A DNA stretch of 64,000 nucleotides from the human T2T-CHM13v2.0 reference genome, Homo sapiens, in NCBI RefSeq assembly GCF_009914755.1, contig NC_060938.1; one strand, 5' to 3'. A model generated the notes under the pieces. The model saw only the letters and a list, made by a program, of their open reading frames with translations. It was not told the origin of the DNA and did not search any database. Below, in pieces: positions 19,233 to 41,477 of the stretch; the first letter of the stretch is position 1; every line of letters begins with the position of its first letter. A program made the position numbers and the translations under genes.

Positions 19233-20111
19233 TTACAGAAATTAACAAACTAGTCCTAAAACTTATATGAAAAGGTAAGGGACCCAGAATAATAAAAACA
19301 ATCTTTAAAAAGAACAAAGTTGGGGAACTTACACTTCCTGATTGCAAAACTTACTACAAAGCTGAAGTAATAAAGATTGTAGTGCTGACAGAAGACAGAT
19401 ATATACATCAATGGAATAGAATTGAGAGTCCAGAAGTAAACCCTCTTACATTTATGGTCAACTGATTTTCAATAAGGGTGCCAAGATAATTAACGAGGGA
19501 AAGAATACTCTTTCCAACACGTGTGATTGAGACAACTGGATATTCACATATAAAAGAATGAAGTTAAACCTTCAATCTCACATTGTACACAAAAGTTATT
19601 TCTAAGGGGATTATGGATCTAAATATAAAAGCTAAACCTATAAAACACATAGAAGAAAACATAGGAGTAAATCTTCTTGATCTAGGATTAAGGAATGATT
19701 TGTTAAATACAACACTAACAACCAAAGTGACAAAAGAAGAATGTACCTATATAAATTGGACTTCACCAAAATTTAACATGTTTGTGCTTCAAAGAATATC
19801 ATCCAGATAGTGAAAAGACAGCTTACTAAATGGGAGAAAATATTTGCAAATTATGTGGTTGATAAGGGACTTGTATTTACAATATATAAATAACTCTTAC
19901 AATTCGACAATAAAAGGACAACCCCACTTACAAAATGAACAAAGGATTTGAAAAGACATTTTCCAAAAAAGAGATATGAATGGCCAGTTAGCACATGAAA
20001 ACGTATTCAACATCATTAGTCATTAGGGAAATGCAAATCAAAACCACAATGAGATACCATTTCACATCCATTAGGATGGCTAAAAAAATTTGTTTAAATA
20101 TACAGTAACAA

Positions 20112-21175
<1,064 letters not shown>

Positions 21176-21874
21176 CAATAAAAAGTGTTGATGAAGATGT
21201 GAAGAAACTGGAATCCTTATTAGTTGCTGGTGGGAATGTAAAATAGTGTTGCTACTTTGGAAAACAGATTGGCACTTCCTCAAAAATTAAACATAGAGTT
21301 ACCATATGACCCAGCAATTCCACTCCTCGGTATACACCCAAGAGACATGAAAATGTATGTCCACACAAAAACCTTTACACAAAAGTTCAGAGCAGCATTA
21401 TTTATAACAGTCCAGAAGTGAAAACAACTCAAATATCTATCAAATGATGAATAAATACCATTTTAAATGTGATATATTTACACAATAGAATATTCAACAA
21501 TGAAAAGGAATGAAGCACTGATACATGCTACATCATAGATGAACCTTGAAAACATTTTGCTAAGTAAAAGAAGTCAGATGCAAAAGACCACATGTTCTAT
21601 GAGTCCATTTATATGAGTTGTCCAGAACAGGCAAATCTACAGAGACAGAAAGTAGTTGTCTATGGCCGGAGGTGTGGGGGTTGGAGGATGCTGATAGGAA
21701 ATGGGGACTATATGCTAATGGATATAGGATTTTTTCCTGGGGTGATGAAAATGTTCTAAAATTGATTGTCATGATGGTTGCACAACTTTTGTAATAGACT
21801 GCAATCAACTGAATACTTTAAATAGGTGCATTGTATGATATGTGAATTATATCCTAATAAAGCCATTATTTAAA

Positions 21875-22150
21875 AAGCAGGGAGGGAAGGGTTACATCTC
21901 CCCTGAACTCAGAGACTCCAAACAGCAGCTGGGCTTGCAATTGCACTCCCTTCCTCCTGGATCTTCCTTCCTGACTGCCTGCGCACAACAGGCTTTAGCC
22001 CGTTCCCATAGGGTTCCAGCTTGCTTATGATCTTCCCTTGCTGACTGCGTGCTCTGTGGATTTCAGGCTTGCTTAGCCAGCCCCACAATTGTGTAAGCCA
22101 ATTCCTTGTAACAAACAAACTTGTTCTGCTTACTGGTTGAAACCTGTTAT
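21875..22150 (+). mobile_element. MLT2 LTR, 3' part
   Basis: GATTTCAGGCTTGCTTAGCCAGCCCCACAATTGTGTAAGCCAATTCCTTG is typical of the MLT2 3' end. Confidence 0.7.
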
Positions 22151-22692
22151 GGAAACCAGTGTTCAAGAGTTTCTCTAAATATTTATCTCAAGAACCTGGG
22201 GTAGGTATCTGGTTGAGGATTTAGGGGTCATGGATTCTGCCAAATATCAAAGCACCACTCACTTTTAGAATGATTGTTGACGAGGCTTTGGTCAGAGGGA
22301 ATAGCAGTAGTTGGGATTGGAAGAGCAGCCTCTAGTGAAATCATATTGATTCTTCCTCCAAGGCGAAGAGCTCGCTCTCTTCTTGACCATGAGCTTAATT
22401 TTTAAGCTCAATGGGTAAAGCGAATAAAAAGCTGAGTATTTTGGGGGGCCAGAGAACATTTATTGACTAACTTGATGTTTCCCCTGCTGTGGAGAATCAT
22501 GCATTATTTTAACACCCTTGGTTCTATGCATGCTCTCACTCCTCTCACACACCGTAATTGATTAATGAGTTTGGAGAAGATAGCGGGCAGGCATAGCCTA
22601 GCCACATCCTTTCTTTCTTTCTCTGGGAACTGAGCTTTCTGCAGGGAGCCCACACTTTCCTTTGTGCTTCCATTCTATAAATTTTACTTATA

Positions 22693-23814
<1,122 letters not shown>

Positions 23815-25837
23815 TACTTGACTCCATGGGAAGAGGGCTGGGTTAGGCCAGAAATATCTGAACCTACACAGGCAAGACAGTCTTGTAAGTGTGAAGTTGT
23901 TTTAAGAAGTCGATCTGCCTACAGGTAAATGTCATATTATCTGTTCAAGTCTTTATTAATAATAAAGATGATATGTGGCCTCCATTCAATCCCTAATGTC
24001 TTAGACTTTATTTTTTTTGCAGGGGGTTGGGGGGATGGCAGGACAGAGTCTTGCAGCTAGAGTGCGGTGGTGTGACCATAGCTAACGGCAACCTCAAACT
24101 CCTGGGCTCAAGTGATCCTCCTGCCTCAGCCTCCCAAGTAGCTGGGACTACAGGTGCACACCACCATGCCTGGCTAATTTTTAAATTAGTAAATTTTTGG
24201 TACTGACAGGGTCTCACTAGGTTTCCCAGGTTGGTCTTGAGCTCTTGGCCTCAAGCGATCCTTCCACCTCAGCCTCCCAAAGTGTTGAGATTATAGGCAT
24301 GAAACACTGCATCCAGGCTATATTTTATCTCATACTTTATCGTTTGATTCAGAATTTGAAAGGCATGGTAGTTATTGGCCCCCTCAAAGACTTCAGCATG
24401 GGACAGGAGAAGCAGCAATTTACAAAAAAGTTTTGGACATGTGCAATAGTAATGGCTAAAGTAATAATTACATTCTTAGACTTTTTTAAGAGTCAGAAGG
24501 GATCCTGGAGATAATCTAGCAGCTAGATTCTAACTCATAGAGGTTAAGTAATGTGTCCAAAGCTACCCAGCCTTCTAGTGACATATCAGAACTACAATCC
24601 AAATTTTCTTTTGGCCCACTGCACTTTTCACCATGCCCTGCTGCTTCCTTAATATGCTGAGATGTTTAAAATATCACATTCTGCTATTTTGTTCTCATTT
24701 TATCTGTTTCCCTGAGTATCAGACTTTTGTCATTGTTATAAACAAAGAAATAAATGCACTTCAGGTTAAATAAGTTTCCCATGGCAATAGGACTTATCAG
24801 AGGTAGCGCTGGAAGTGAAATATAGTACTCTAATTTTAGTCCAAGGTTGTACTCATGAGATTTATTTTTTCTGTCAAAATGCCAAATTGAAATAAATAGA
24901 AGAGTTGGGCACCATGGAAGTAGAGTTGCTGTGGTGGAGGCTGTGGTTCATATATTAATTCAGCCAACGATCTCTGGTTCCTTTTCTGCCATGAAGTCAC
25001 AGTATGTTGTGGGATTAAAATTTCCTCCAAAAGAATAGAAGGAAATAAGTAGAATGGGGTGTCACTGCCTAACTCCCAAAGCCTGTGATCTTAATTAACT
25101 CTGACGTTGACTGCCTTCTCAGATCTGTAAGGTGCAAAGGTAAACTTTCAGACAGTACAATAAAAGTTTAAGCGAATTTCTAGAAGCAGTTAATTTATAC
25201 ATTATTCATCAAAGTAATATTAATTTAGCACTTGTATAGTATAGGTTTCTTTAAATAACCGTCCCTGCAGTTTTATTGCTGGAAATGCATTAATGTGAAA
25301 GATACACATTAGGCTGCAATTAGGACAGCATGGAGAATTACTTTACAGACTGGCAATCTGTTAATGAAGCCATTACTCCGAGTTTCTACAAAACCTACAA
25401 CTGAATTTCATTTGATTTCTGACCAACGGTCTTTAATCTTACCTGCTTTCCATGTTGAGAATTAAATCATTCATTCATTCACAAAATAGCTTTTAAGCTG
25501 CTGTGAATCTGGCACTGTTTTAGGCATTGGGAATAGGGTAATAAGTAGAACAAAGTTTCTGACCTCATTGAACAGAATGTGTTACAAAATAATAAGCATA
25601 ATAGAACCCTTTTTTTGCTGCTGTTAAAGATAGGCATACATCCTGTTTAATAAAGATATTACACTTGTGTCCTTAAAAAAGAAAAAACTATGGTCAAATA
25701 AATTTGAGAAATAATGCAATTATAGTCCCTTTTTAATGCTTCAAAATACACACTAGCTTATTAAAGACCTTAAGATATTACACAATAAAGGAATCTGTTT
25801 GACTTCTTTGACTACTTAAACTTAATGTTTCTCTTTT

Positions 25838-25909
25838 GGAATAGTTCTTCTTCTTCTTCTTCTTCTTCTTCTTCTTCTTCTTCTTTCTTCTTCTTCTTCT
25901 GGAATAGTG

Positions 25910-25940
<31 letters not shown>

Positions 25941-26212
25941 TTCTTTTGGAATAGTGCTTCTTCTTCCTCCTCTTCTTCTTCTTCCTCTTCTTCTTCTTGC
26001 TCTTCTTCTTCTTCTGGAATAGTGCTTCTTCTTCCTCTTCTTCTTCTTCTTTTGGAATAGTGCTTCTTCTTCCTCTTCTTCTTCTTCCTCTTCTTCTTTT
26101 GGAATAGTTCTTCCTCTTCTTCTTCTTCTTCCTCTTCCTCTTCCTCTTCCTCTTCCTCTTCCTCTTCTTCTTCTTCTTCTTCTTCTTCTTCTTCTTCTTC
26201 TTCTTTTCTCTT
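25838..26212. repeat. Compound (CTT/GAA)n array with six GGAATAGT-headed units
   Basis: Units start at 25838, 25901, 25948, 26016, 26054 and 26101. Confidence 0.95.
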
Positions 26213-26496
26213 TTTTCGAGACAGAGTCTCGCTCTGTCACCCAGGCTGGAGTGCAGTGGTGCGATCTCAGCCCACTGGAACTTCTGCCTCCCAGGTTCAA
26301 GCAATTCTCTGCCACAGCCTTCCGAGTAGCTGGGACTACAGATGCCCGCCACCACGCCCAGCTAGTTTTTGTATGTTTAGTAGAGACAGGGTTTCACCGT
26401 GTTGGCCAGGCTGGTCTTGAACTCCTGACCTCGTGATCCACCTGCCTCGGACTCCCAAAGTGCTGGGATTAGAGGTGTGAGCTACTATGCCTGGCC
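26212..26496 (-). mobile_element. AluS whose tail became the GAA array
   Basis: Alu consensus, with TSD GGAATAGTGCTTCTT at 26497-26511. Confidence 0.95.
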
Positions 26497-26589
26497 GGAA
26501 TAGTGCTTCTTAACCTCCTGTGAATGAATGTTTCAAGAAGTCATTTTTAGAAAATACTAAGCTGTAAGAACTCATTATTATACACGAGA

Positions 26590-28968
<2,379 letters not shown>

Positions 28969-29627
28969 GAGTTTATACTAACATTTGCATTTTAAATTAT
29001 AACTACAAGGTTTTTAGTTAACTTCTATATTAAATCTATATCTCCTTTCCTCCATGCCAAGAACCCTAGTTCTCAAGGTAACAGGGGATGATAGAATTTG
29101 AAAATTTCATGACTTTCATTTACTTTTTCCCACATAAAACCAGCAATCTCAGAATAATAATAGTAGTTATTTTAGAATAACAACTTTACTACTGGCAATT
29201 AATATTCATAATACAATCACCACCAACTACTGAAAATGGTAAATAATTTTTTATATGTTATCCCCATTCTTACCCCAGTTTTAAATTGTTGTATCATAGC
29301 TACCCTGTCAGAGCATATAACCTTTATATTCTATCATCTGCCTCCCTTTTAAATTTTATTTTGTCTTAGTTCTACAGGCAACTTCCTCCTTTCATCTACT
29401 ACTTCTCTTAAAGCATTTTGTGTGTGTGTGTGTGAGTGTGTTTCCCTTTTTTCTTCTAGTTTAGTGTTAATCGTTACTATAATTTTTTTTTCTTTTTTCC
29501 TCTTTTTTAGAGATGGGGTTTCCCTATGTTGCCCAGGTTGCTCTCGAACTGCTGGGCTCAAGCGATCCTCCTGGCTCAGCCCCGCGAGTAGCTGGAACCA
29601 CAGACGTGCACCACCACACCCAACTAA

Positions 29628-29774
<147 letters not shown>

Positions 29775-30979
29775 TAGTCTTTTTTTTCGCATTATCGTTT
29801 TGATCTGCTTCTTGAATATGTCTTTATGGTGTACTTTCATTTTTTGCAGGAATGTTATTCTGCTCCGTATTCTCTTTTTTTCTTTTAGTAAATTTGGAAT
29901 TTGACCTTAGTATTTTTCTATTGTTCGTTCTTAAGTAAAATTAGTTTTTCTGAACTTCTAATGGTGGCTAGGTTCAGATAGATTTTGCTAACATCACTGA
30001 GGTACTTCTTCGCTTTTGTGTAAAGTTTTAAATATATAACTGTCTGCAGTTTTGAGATTTCCTGGCTCTGCTCTCCTTATTTACTTTTTATCTGGATCTC
30101 CTTTTTTTTTTGAGATGGAGTCTCACTCTTGTTGCCCAGGCTGGAGTGCACTGGCGCGATCTCGGCTCACTGCAACCTCCGGGCCTCCTGGGTTCAAGTG
30201 ATTCTTCTGCCTCAGCCTCCCGAGTAGCTGGGATTACAGGCATGCGCCACCATGCCTGGCTAATTTTGTATTTTTAGTAGAGACGGGGTTTCTCCATGTT
30301 TATCAGGCTGGTCTCGAACTCCCCACCTCAGGTGATCCACCCGCCTCGGCCTCCCAAAATCCTGGGATTACAGGTGTGAGCCACCATGCCCGGCCTGGAT
30401 CTCCTTTTTATGTGTTGTCCCTATCTTGATCAATTTTGATCCCACACCCAGCAGTTTCTCTCAGAGCTGTGTCCTGGAAGTGAGATTTGGACATTCAGTA
30501 TTGTAAATTCAGAGGGGTTAGAATGTCCCCACCCCTTTAGGTCTTACTGAGTTTCCTTGTGCTCTTCTGCAATTAAAATGGGCAAAACCCCTACCAGTTT
30601 CAGTTGCCACTCATGGATTGACCCATTGTGCTTTCCAGTGAATGCTGTTGCTCTTTGGATTCTCCTGTTCTCACTCTATCAAATGTCTCATGGGCTCCCT
30701 TTCCTGTCTCTTACACACACTCCAACATCATGCAGGTCTTGTGGTTGACGATGGTGTGTCCCCATATGCTTCTATTCTGTGGTTTGTGGGGATGCCTTGC
30801 CATCTTCTTTAGCTGTAAATGTTATCCTTGAGTTTTAATTTTGTTGTCTAGTTTCTCTGTTCATATGCAGGGGGTTTGAGAAGATCCAAAACCATGCTCT
30901 CACTGTCATGTTTCTAGAAGCCCTATAACTTTCAGGGAACTGAAATTTAATATATTTTATATGATACATTATGCTTTTA

Positions 30980-33300
<2,321 letters not shown>

Positions 33301-34437
33301 CAATACACTCACTTAATTAATCTCCCTGTATGTAACCAATCTCCTGACCTTATGGCTGCCTTGCAGACCAAGACATCACCTTACATGGAGGCCATTGTGT
33401 AGTAGAAATGAGACTAGCCCCTTTGCTTTTCCCACTATAACTTGTAAATGCACTACACAAAGCCAATGAGACCCTTTTCTAAACTAATTCCTATTCTTTA
33501 TGCAAAAGAGATTATGTATGAAATTTGGGACTCCATTGATTTAATTTATCATAATTTTGTGAAATTTATTTTGCTATAGAATGAATGTATATTATAATAT
33601 TGGAATTAAAATTTCTTTTTAATCTGAAGTTTCTGGCTTTGTGTTTCATGAGTTTGTTATGATACAGTGAGAATATTTGCTCAACTGCTTTTTGGATATA
33701 CAATTTAACAAATGAGGCCTGACCAGCAGGAAAAAAATTAGTGAGAATTTAAAAAAATTAACTACAAGTTCAGTTATGTTTTTAAAAAGTGATTTTAAAA
33801 GATAACAAAAGTCTCATATCACTTTTAACTCAATCAGTGTTTTCTAAAATATTTACTACATCATTGTAAGCTTTGTTATTACTAATAATAACTTTGATCT
33901 GTATGAGCATTATTGTTTACAAAGAACCTAATATTATCTCAATCTTTTCCCAGCTTTGTGGAGTAGATGATGTTATCTCCATTTTACACACAGATCGTAG
34001 GCTTATTGAAGCTATGCAACTTGTTAAAGATTGCCCAACTGTTAGGTGGCAGAAACGGTATATAAACAGAGTTATTTTAACTTACCATTTATTCTTCCCT
34101 TTTCATTGTTTCATTCCTCTGAATTGGGATTTTTTCTCATCTCGCCTGTCCTGTTTGACAGATTATAAATGAATAACTACTCTCCTATGTAATTTACTAA
34201 TTTTGTCACCTAGGTTTAGATCAATCAATTCTAATAGGTTCATTTATTCAAGTTGCTGAAAGTGCCTATTGTCCCCCAGTATTTATATCCCCTGCATTGC
34301 ACAGTAATAGAATGTTTAGCCAGACAAATGGCCACCTCAGAAAAAAGTTCATTTCCGGCCGAGAGCAGTGGCTCACACCTGTAATCCCAGCACTTTGGGA
34401 GGCTGAGGCAGGTGAATCACTTGAGGCCAGGAGTTCA

Positions 34438-34752
<315 letters not shown>

Positions 34753-34976
34753 TCAAATGTGCCCCCTGTACTCCTTTTTTGTCACTTCCTCCATCCTGCT
34801 TCCTGGAGCAGAAATCCTGCCTTGCATAATGAGAATTAGGCTCTACCCAAGGAATGTCATCAGGGTGGTGAGCTAGAAGGAGGCTCCTGGGTCCAAATAA
34901 CTTTATGGGGCAGGGCTACCATATCTATCCGGACTGCAAAATTCCAGACTTCAGAAAACTCAAAAGCCACTGGATG

Positions 34977-35132
34977 TTTTTAAGAGATGGCATGTCGCTT
35001 TGTCACCCAGGCTGGAGAGCAGTGACTATTCACAGGCACAATCTTAGTGCTTTGCAGCCTCCACCTCCCAAGAGATCTCACCTAATCCTCTGGAGTAGCT
35101 GGAACCACAGGTGCAGGCCACCATGCCCAGCT
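34977..35132 (-). mobile_element. FAM / 7SL-like Alu monomer
   Basis: Contains the 7SL-type segment GTGACTATTCACAGGC. Confidence 0.7.
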
Positions 35133-36014
35133 AAGCCACTGATATTTTGACTTGGCCAATCACAACCTAATGTATACATTCAGTATCTATCTGCAGATCC
35201 TACCTAACCAGTCTCAAAGTTGAGTGAGACTGGCCATTCACCCCACATCCAGAGGCAGTTCCTGATTGCTTTAGTGCCCTTCAGGGTGATTTCAATGTAC
35301 GGGGTAGGGCCGTAGTAGTCGGTTCAGTAATGAGCGCCTAAGCCAGTCAGCTTATAGCCTTCCCCTAGCCCCAGTGGCTGGTTCCCTAAGATACAAATCA
35401 TGGTAGGTTTGGAAGAGGCGCCCTCTCTTAGGGAAGGATGTAGCCCAGCTATAAACACGGAAGCATGTAGCTTTAGAGAAATCAGGCTGAGGATGTGGCT
35501 GGCTGGTGGAGGAAGGTAGAAATAAAAGAATTGTGGGTGTTTTCCTTTAGATTCGATCAACCCTAAAACCTGCCTAACTTGTGGTCTTTTCAGAGAATGA
35601 GCCAACAATCATCCAGTTATATTGTTTAAGCCAATTTCAATTGAGTTTTCTGTTCATTGTAACCAAGGTCGTATAACTGATATACCTTCCAGTGTCTTCA
35701 GGATTACATCAATGTTTAATAATGTAGATTGACATTTTTAGGTAGTATTTTTAAATTTTTTTGACCAGTTTGAACACAACTGTAGTGGATTCCTATTTTA
35801 TTCAGTATGTGATCACCTTTTGCTATCTTTTTTTTGTGTGTGCGTGTGTGAGTGGGGTCTCACTCTGTCATCCAGGCTGGAGTGCGGTGGTATAATCACG
35901 GCTCACTGCAGCCTCAACCTCCTAGACTCAAGGGCCCATCTCAGCCACCCAAGTAGCTGGGACTACAGGCATGTGCCACCATGTCTGGCTAATTTTTTAA
36001 ATAATTTTTTGTAG

Positions 36015-36218
<204 letters not shown>

Positions 36219-36519
36219 TAAATCTTGAAGGATGGTTTTGTAAAGGCTGCGATGGCTGTGTTAAAATTCAAATGTGAAGCTTACCCTTTCTGAAAAATCA
36301 CTCCTTGGTTTTCTTATGCTGTCTCATTTCTCTACTGTCTCATTTCTCTACCTTTTTCTTTGCCCATTTTTCAAATTGTTTCTGTACTGACTCCCTTCAC
36401 AAATCTGTTTTCTTCTCCATCTCCTGAAAGGTGGTAGTTTTTTGGTTTTGTTTTTTACATCTTATTTTTTAAATTCATTTTTTAAAAATCTTGTATGTTC
36501 TTCCAATGAAAAAATTATT

Positions 36520-36970
36520 TCTTTAATTGACAAATTAAAATTGTATATATTTATGGTGTACAGTATGATGTTTTGAAATATGTATACATTGTGGAATGGC
36601 TAAATTGGGCTAATTAATACATGCATTACCTCATACACATCATTCTCTTGTGGTAAGAACGCTGAAAATCTACTTTCTTAGCAATATTCAATTATGCAAT
36701 TCAGTTTTGTTAATTATAGTCATTGTGCTCTACAGTAGATTCCCCAAACTTTTTTACCTTGCAGTTGAAAGTTTGTGTCCTCTGACCAACATCTCCCCAT
36801 TTCCCTTCCCAGCTCTGGCAATCATCAGTCTACACTCTTGCTTTTCGGTATTCCAAATTTTTAGAATCCACATATGAATGTGATCATGTGGTATTTCTTT
36901 TTGTGCCTGGCGTATTTCACTTAATATAATGTCCTCCAGGTAAATCCATGCCGTTGCAAATGACGAAGCT
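36520..36970 (-). mobile_element. L1MA 3' end fragment
   Basis: Typical antisense L1MA 3'UTR (TTGTATATATTTATGGTGTACAG...). Confidence 0.8.
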
Positions 36971-37797
36971 TAGTTCTTGACCCACAGATTTAATGTGAAG
37001 TCTTTCTCAGAGGTGTCACTCACTCATAACTTCAAATAATCACCTTTGCAATTGTCTCCAATCCTTACTGTGTTTCAGGCCTCCATTTCCAACTCCACTA
37101 GGAGGCACTGTAGTGATCTAAAGGCAGTACACCTCAAACTGAAATCTTTCATCCAAAACTATTAATAGCTGTCTCTAAGTTTTTCTATTCTTACCTAAGC
37201 ATGTTATTCTCTCAATCTTTCAATTTTAAAACTTTGAGGTCATTCTTATCTTCTACTTTTCCTTTTCTACCACATTTAGCCCATAAGCAAAGTGTAGTTT
37301 CTTCTATAAAGTTTTCAAGGACCACTACTAGGACATAGCCCTTCACAATCTCACATCTGAATAACTGTGTTTATTTTTTAACTTGTCATTTTATCTACCC
37401 TTACAACTCATTTTATATGTGAATTATGAAAAACCGCCCTGCTAAGAACCTTTAAAGACTTCTTAAATCTCTTATCCTAGCACTTAAGGCCCCCAAATTG
37501 GTTCTTTACTTAGATCTCCAAACCCATCTCCCCCTACTTGTTTACATCAACTGGACAAAGTGGTGTACCAATTTCTTCCCAAATGCTATATTTGCCCACC
37601 TTCTTTGCTCCCTCTTTGTGAAATGCCCTCTGTCCTCTTACATGTTTAATCTTATCTGTTTTTCAATTATTATTATATTTTGAGACAGGGTCTCATGTCT
37701 CACTCTGTCACCCAGGCTGGAGTGCAGTTACATGATCTCAGCTGACTGTAACCTCTGCTTCCCAGGCTCAAGCCATCTTTCCACCTCAGCCTCTTGA

Positions 37798-38058
<261 letters not shown>

Positions 38059-41000
38059 TAGAGTCTCACTGCCATGCCCAGGCTGGAGTGCAATGGTGCG
38101 ATCTGGCTCACTGCAACCTCTGCTTCCCGGTTCAAGCGATTCTCCTGCCTCAGCCTCCCAAATAGCTGGGATTACAGGTGCATGCCACCACGTCCAGTCA
38201 ATTTTTGTATTTTTAGTAGAGGCAGGGTTTCACCACATTGGCAAGGCTGATCTCGAACTCCTGACCTTGTGATCTGCCCGCCTCAGCCTCCCAAAGTGCT
38301 GGGATTATAGGCATGAGCCACCGCACCCAGCCTCAAAGAAATAGTTCCTAAGGTGGTAAGATGGGGGTCCGCTCTCCACTTTTTCCCTTTCTCTTCCTAG
38401 AGTCAACCTAATCAAAGACACCCAGCTGTCTCGCACACCTTCCAGCAAATGCAGGAAATACCTACAGGATGTTTAATCTTACCTGTTAAAACCATCTGAT
38501 TATTTTATAGACACCACAATCTGAGGGCAGACCACCAAGAAGGCCTCTTTTTTATCCTTCTACCTTGAGCTTCCAGTGTTGGAAACCCCAACCCCATCTG
38601 GAAAAACCAGACCAGGTCCAAAGACTGACAGTCAGCACCAGGAGTAGTGGGTCCCTGGAGTCAAGAGAAAGAGAGATTAAAGAGAGAGAGAGAGGAGGGA
38701 GGGGGAGAGAGAGAGAGAGAGGGAGATTACAGGGGAGGAGGCTTCTCTGCGAAGGGGATGGGAGAAGGAGAGACTGAGACCTGGCCTCAGTGAGAGAATC
38801 TGGGGGAGTAGAAACTACTAGAAGAAACAGGAGTTTCCTGTATCTCCAGTGCTAGAAGTAAAAGGCTGTTTTGTACATTCTTTCAGACTGTGTGAACTTG
38901 CCCTAATTGGTAAGGTCAGGCAGTAAGACTACTTGGGGACAAGTACAGAACTATTCCCTCCTTTTTGGAATATGAATACAATGTATCAGTCAGGGTGCTG
39001 GCTAGAAATAGATGACACACTTAATGGGTTTCACTGAAGAGTTTAATAGAGGGACTCTTTTCAGAGGGGTGGACAGGATTGAGAGACCCATCAAAGGCTA
39101 GTAAAGTACCCAGGGATTAATGACAGCTAAAATCTATTACCACTGCAGGCCTGAAGAGACAAGGGAAAGGCACGGTGTCACCAGAGACTGGGCAGCTACA
39201 GCTGTGGAAAAGAGACAACCTGGCAGTACCTGTGGCCATAGAGGGTGGTAGGAAACCAATTCCTCTTTCCCTCTTCCCATTACCAGGAGCAGTGCTTCTC
39301 TTTGGCCATTCCCAATAAGAAGCCACAGAATAAGGGAGGACAGGGCATGCAGACCTTGGAAATCATCCTTGTAAGATACAGAGGAGGGCAGAGGAAAGGC
39401 AGATTATGGATCTGTGGTGAGAGGATAAACCCAGCATATGTAGTGCACTACAGTTATCACAGTGATTGTTCTCTACTCTGAATCCCATAGCACGTATTGC
39501 TAAAACCCTCATTTCAATTTTCAACGACCATCTCCTGAGTGCTTCCCAAAAGTACTAGATGCTTGGGCATGATACACAAATTAACCACACACGGCCCCTT
39601 TAGGAGCTCAAATCTGGTGGGCAACCTTTGGACATAGAATTTGCTGCTTTATATTGTGTTTTATCTTTTCTAGTGGGTGCGGTGGGTTGGATCTTTATAG
39701 ATTACAAGAGCAGAGAAGTTTTCAAGTCTGATGTGATGGGAGTTCTACATCAGGCTCCACATCAAATTAGAATCTTAGTCCAGATACTGTGGCAAATGTA
39801 GTGACACCATAGCAGGTTTCGTAACTATCGCATGTAACTCAGATGATGGTGTCGCTCTGCTTCCTACTTTTGTCTGACTCCCATTCTTGTAACCTGACTT
39901 TCTCTGCCTGCTCACTGCTGACCCTCTTTGTATGTCTCACTTTCAGATTCCCTGAAAGAGGATTAAATTGGGCCAGTTTATCCTTCTCTGTTCCTATTGG
40001 GCAGAGTTCTGCTACAAGCCATCTTAAATGGCAATGCTTTGCTTTATGTCCAGTCTATAGATGAGCAGCTTTGTCCTGAGTAGCCAGATCACATGAGACA
40101 AGTACGGCAACTGTCATGAACATCTGTCATTCGCAGCTGCCCGAAATCTTCCAAATAGTCTATCTTCGTTATCATAGTTCCTCAGTAGAAATCCTGCCTT
40201 CTCAATGTAGAACCCCAAACTCCCTTTCCAAGATTTCCTTCTTGTTAGGGTGCATACGAGTGATGTAGATTCCACTACCTAGACTCAAGCATTTGTTTCA
40301 AGATGGAGTTACATGGGGAAGGAGGGAGAGTACAGGGCCTGCATTTTGCAGGTGCAGATCCTGGCAAAGATGGTGTGGTTCTGGAGCCGGTGAAGTGAAC
40401 CACAGAAACCAAAGAAGCAATGGACATTCACATCTGCACTTACTCTATATCCCAGTTCCAGATAACTTTTTCTTTCTCTGAGGATGAGGACTTCATGGAG
40501 ACAAAAGGCCATCAAAATAGTTGCTGACATCCTGCAGCCAGAGAAAATGTTTCAAAAATGCAGATTGGATCATTACCCTCCAAAGACTTTCTTGTGCCTC
40601 TGCTATAGCCAAGGGAAGTCAGGAGTGAGCTCTCCTGTTGTTCTAGGAAGAGGATGAGAGACAGGTAAGGCAGGTCCCAGTGCATAGCTAGGGCCAGCAT
40701 ACATCACTGACTCCCAGCTGACCGAGAGATACATTGAGCTTGCCCAGCCCAGCCCACATCAGCTGACCCCCTGCTGACCCCAAAACACATGAGCAAGTCC
40801 AGCTGAGATTAGAAGAGCTGCCCAGCTTAGCCCAGATCAGCGGACCTCCGGGTAACCCTGGGACACATGAGCAAAGCCAGCTGAGGTCAGCACACTTACT
40901 CATCCCTACCCAGTTAAAATCAACCAATCCCCAGCTGAGCCACAGTTTCATTGTTAACAAGATAGAGCTACTCATTGAACTGGACCAGTCGTGGCTCCAG

Positions 41001-41313
41001 GACTGGAGACTGGCACTTTTCAGGTGCCACATTGAAAAGATGCTCAGGTGGCCCAATACTCTTGCCTCTGTGAGAGAGAGGAGATCCCTCCAGCACTCAA
41101 TACCCCCTCAGATTATTATTTTGAACAGCAGCAACCTGAAGGGCTTCTGTCATCAAACATTTCACCCCACATGCAGGAAACATGTGAGAATTATTAATTA
41201 TTTCCATGATCACAGTTGGACTCCACATTCTAGAAATGTGAAGACTTTGAAAGTACCACTTGCTTTGTCCTTAGGTTTTTTTTGTTTTGTTTTGTTTTGT
41301 TTTTTTGAGGTAG

Positions 41314-41477
<164 letters not shown>

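Noticed and set aside
25812-26355. Poly-Arg/Glu/Lys ORFs of 167 and 177 aa; superficially CRISPR-like repeat-spacer look
   Set aside because: These are translations of the GAA array plus Alu. The 'spacers' are simple CTT runs, and this is mammalian DNA with no cas genes.
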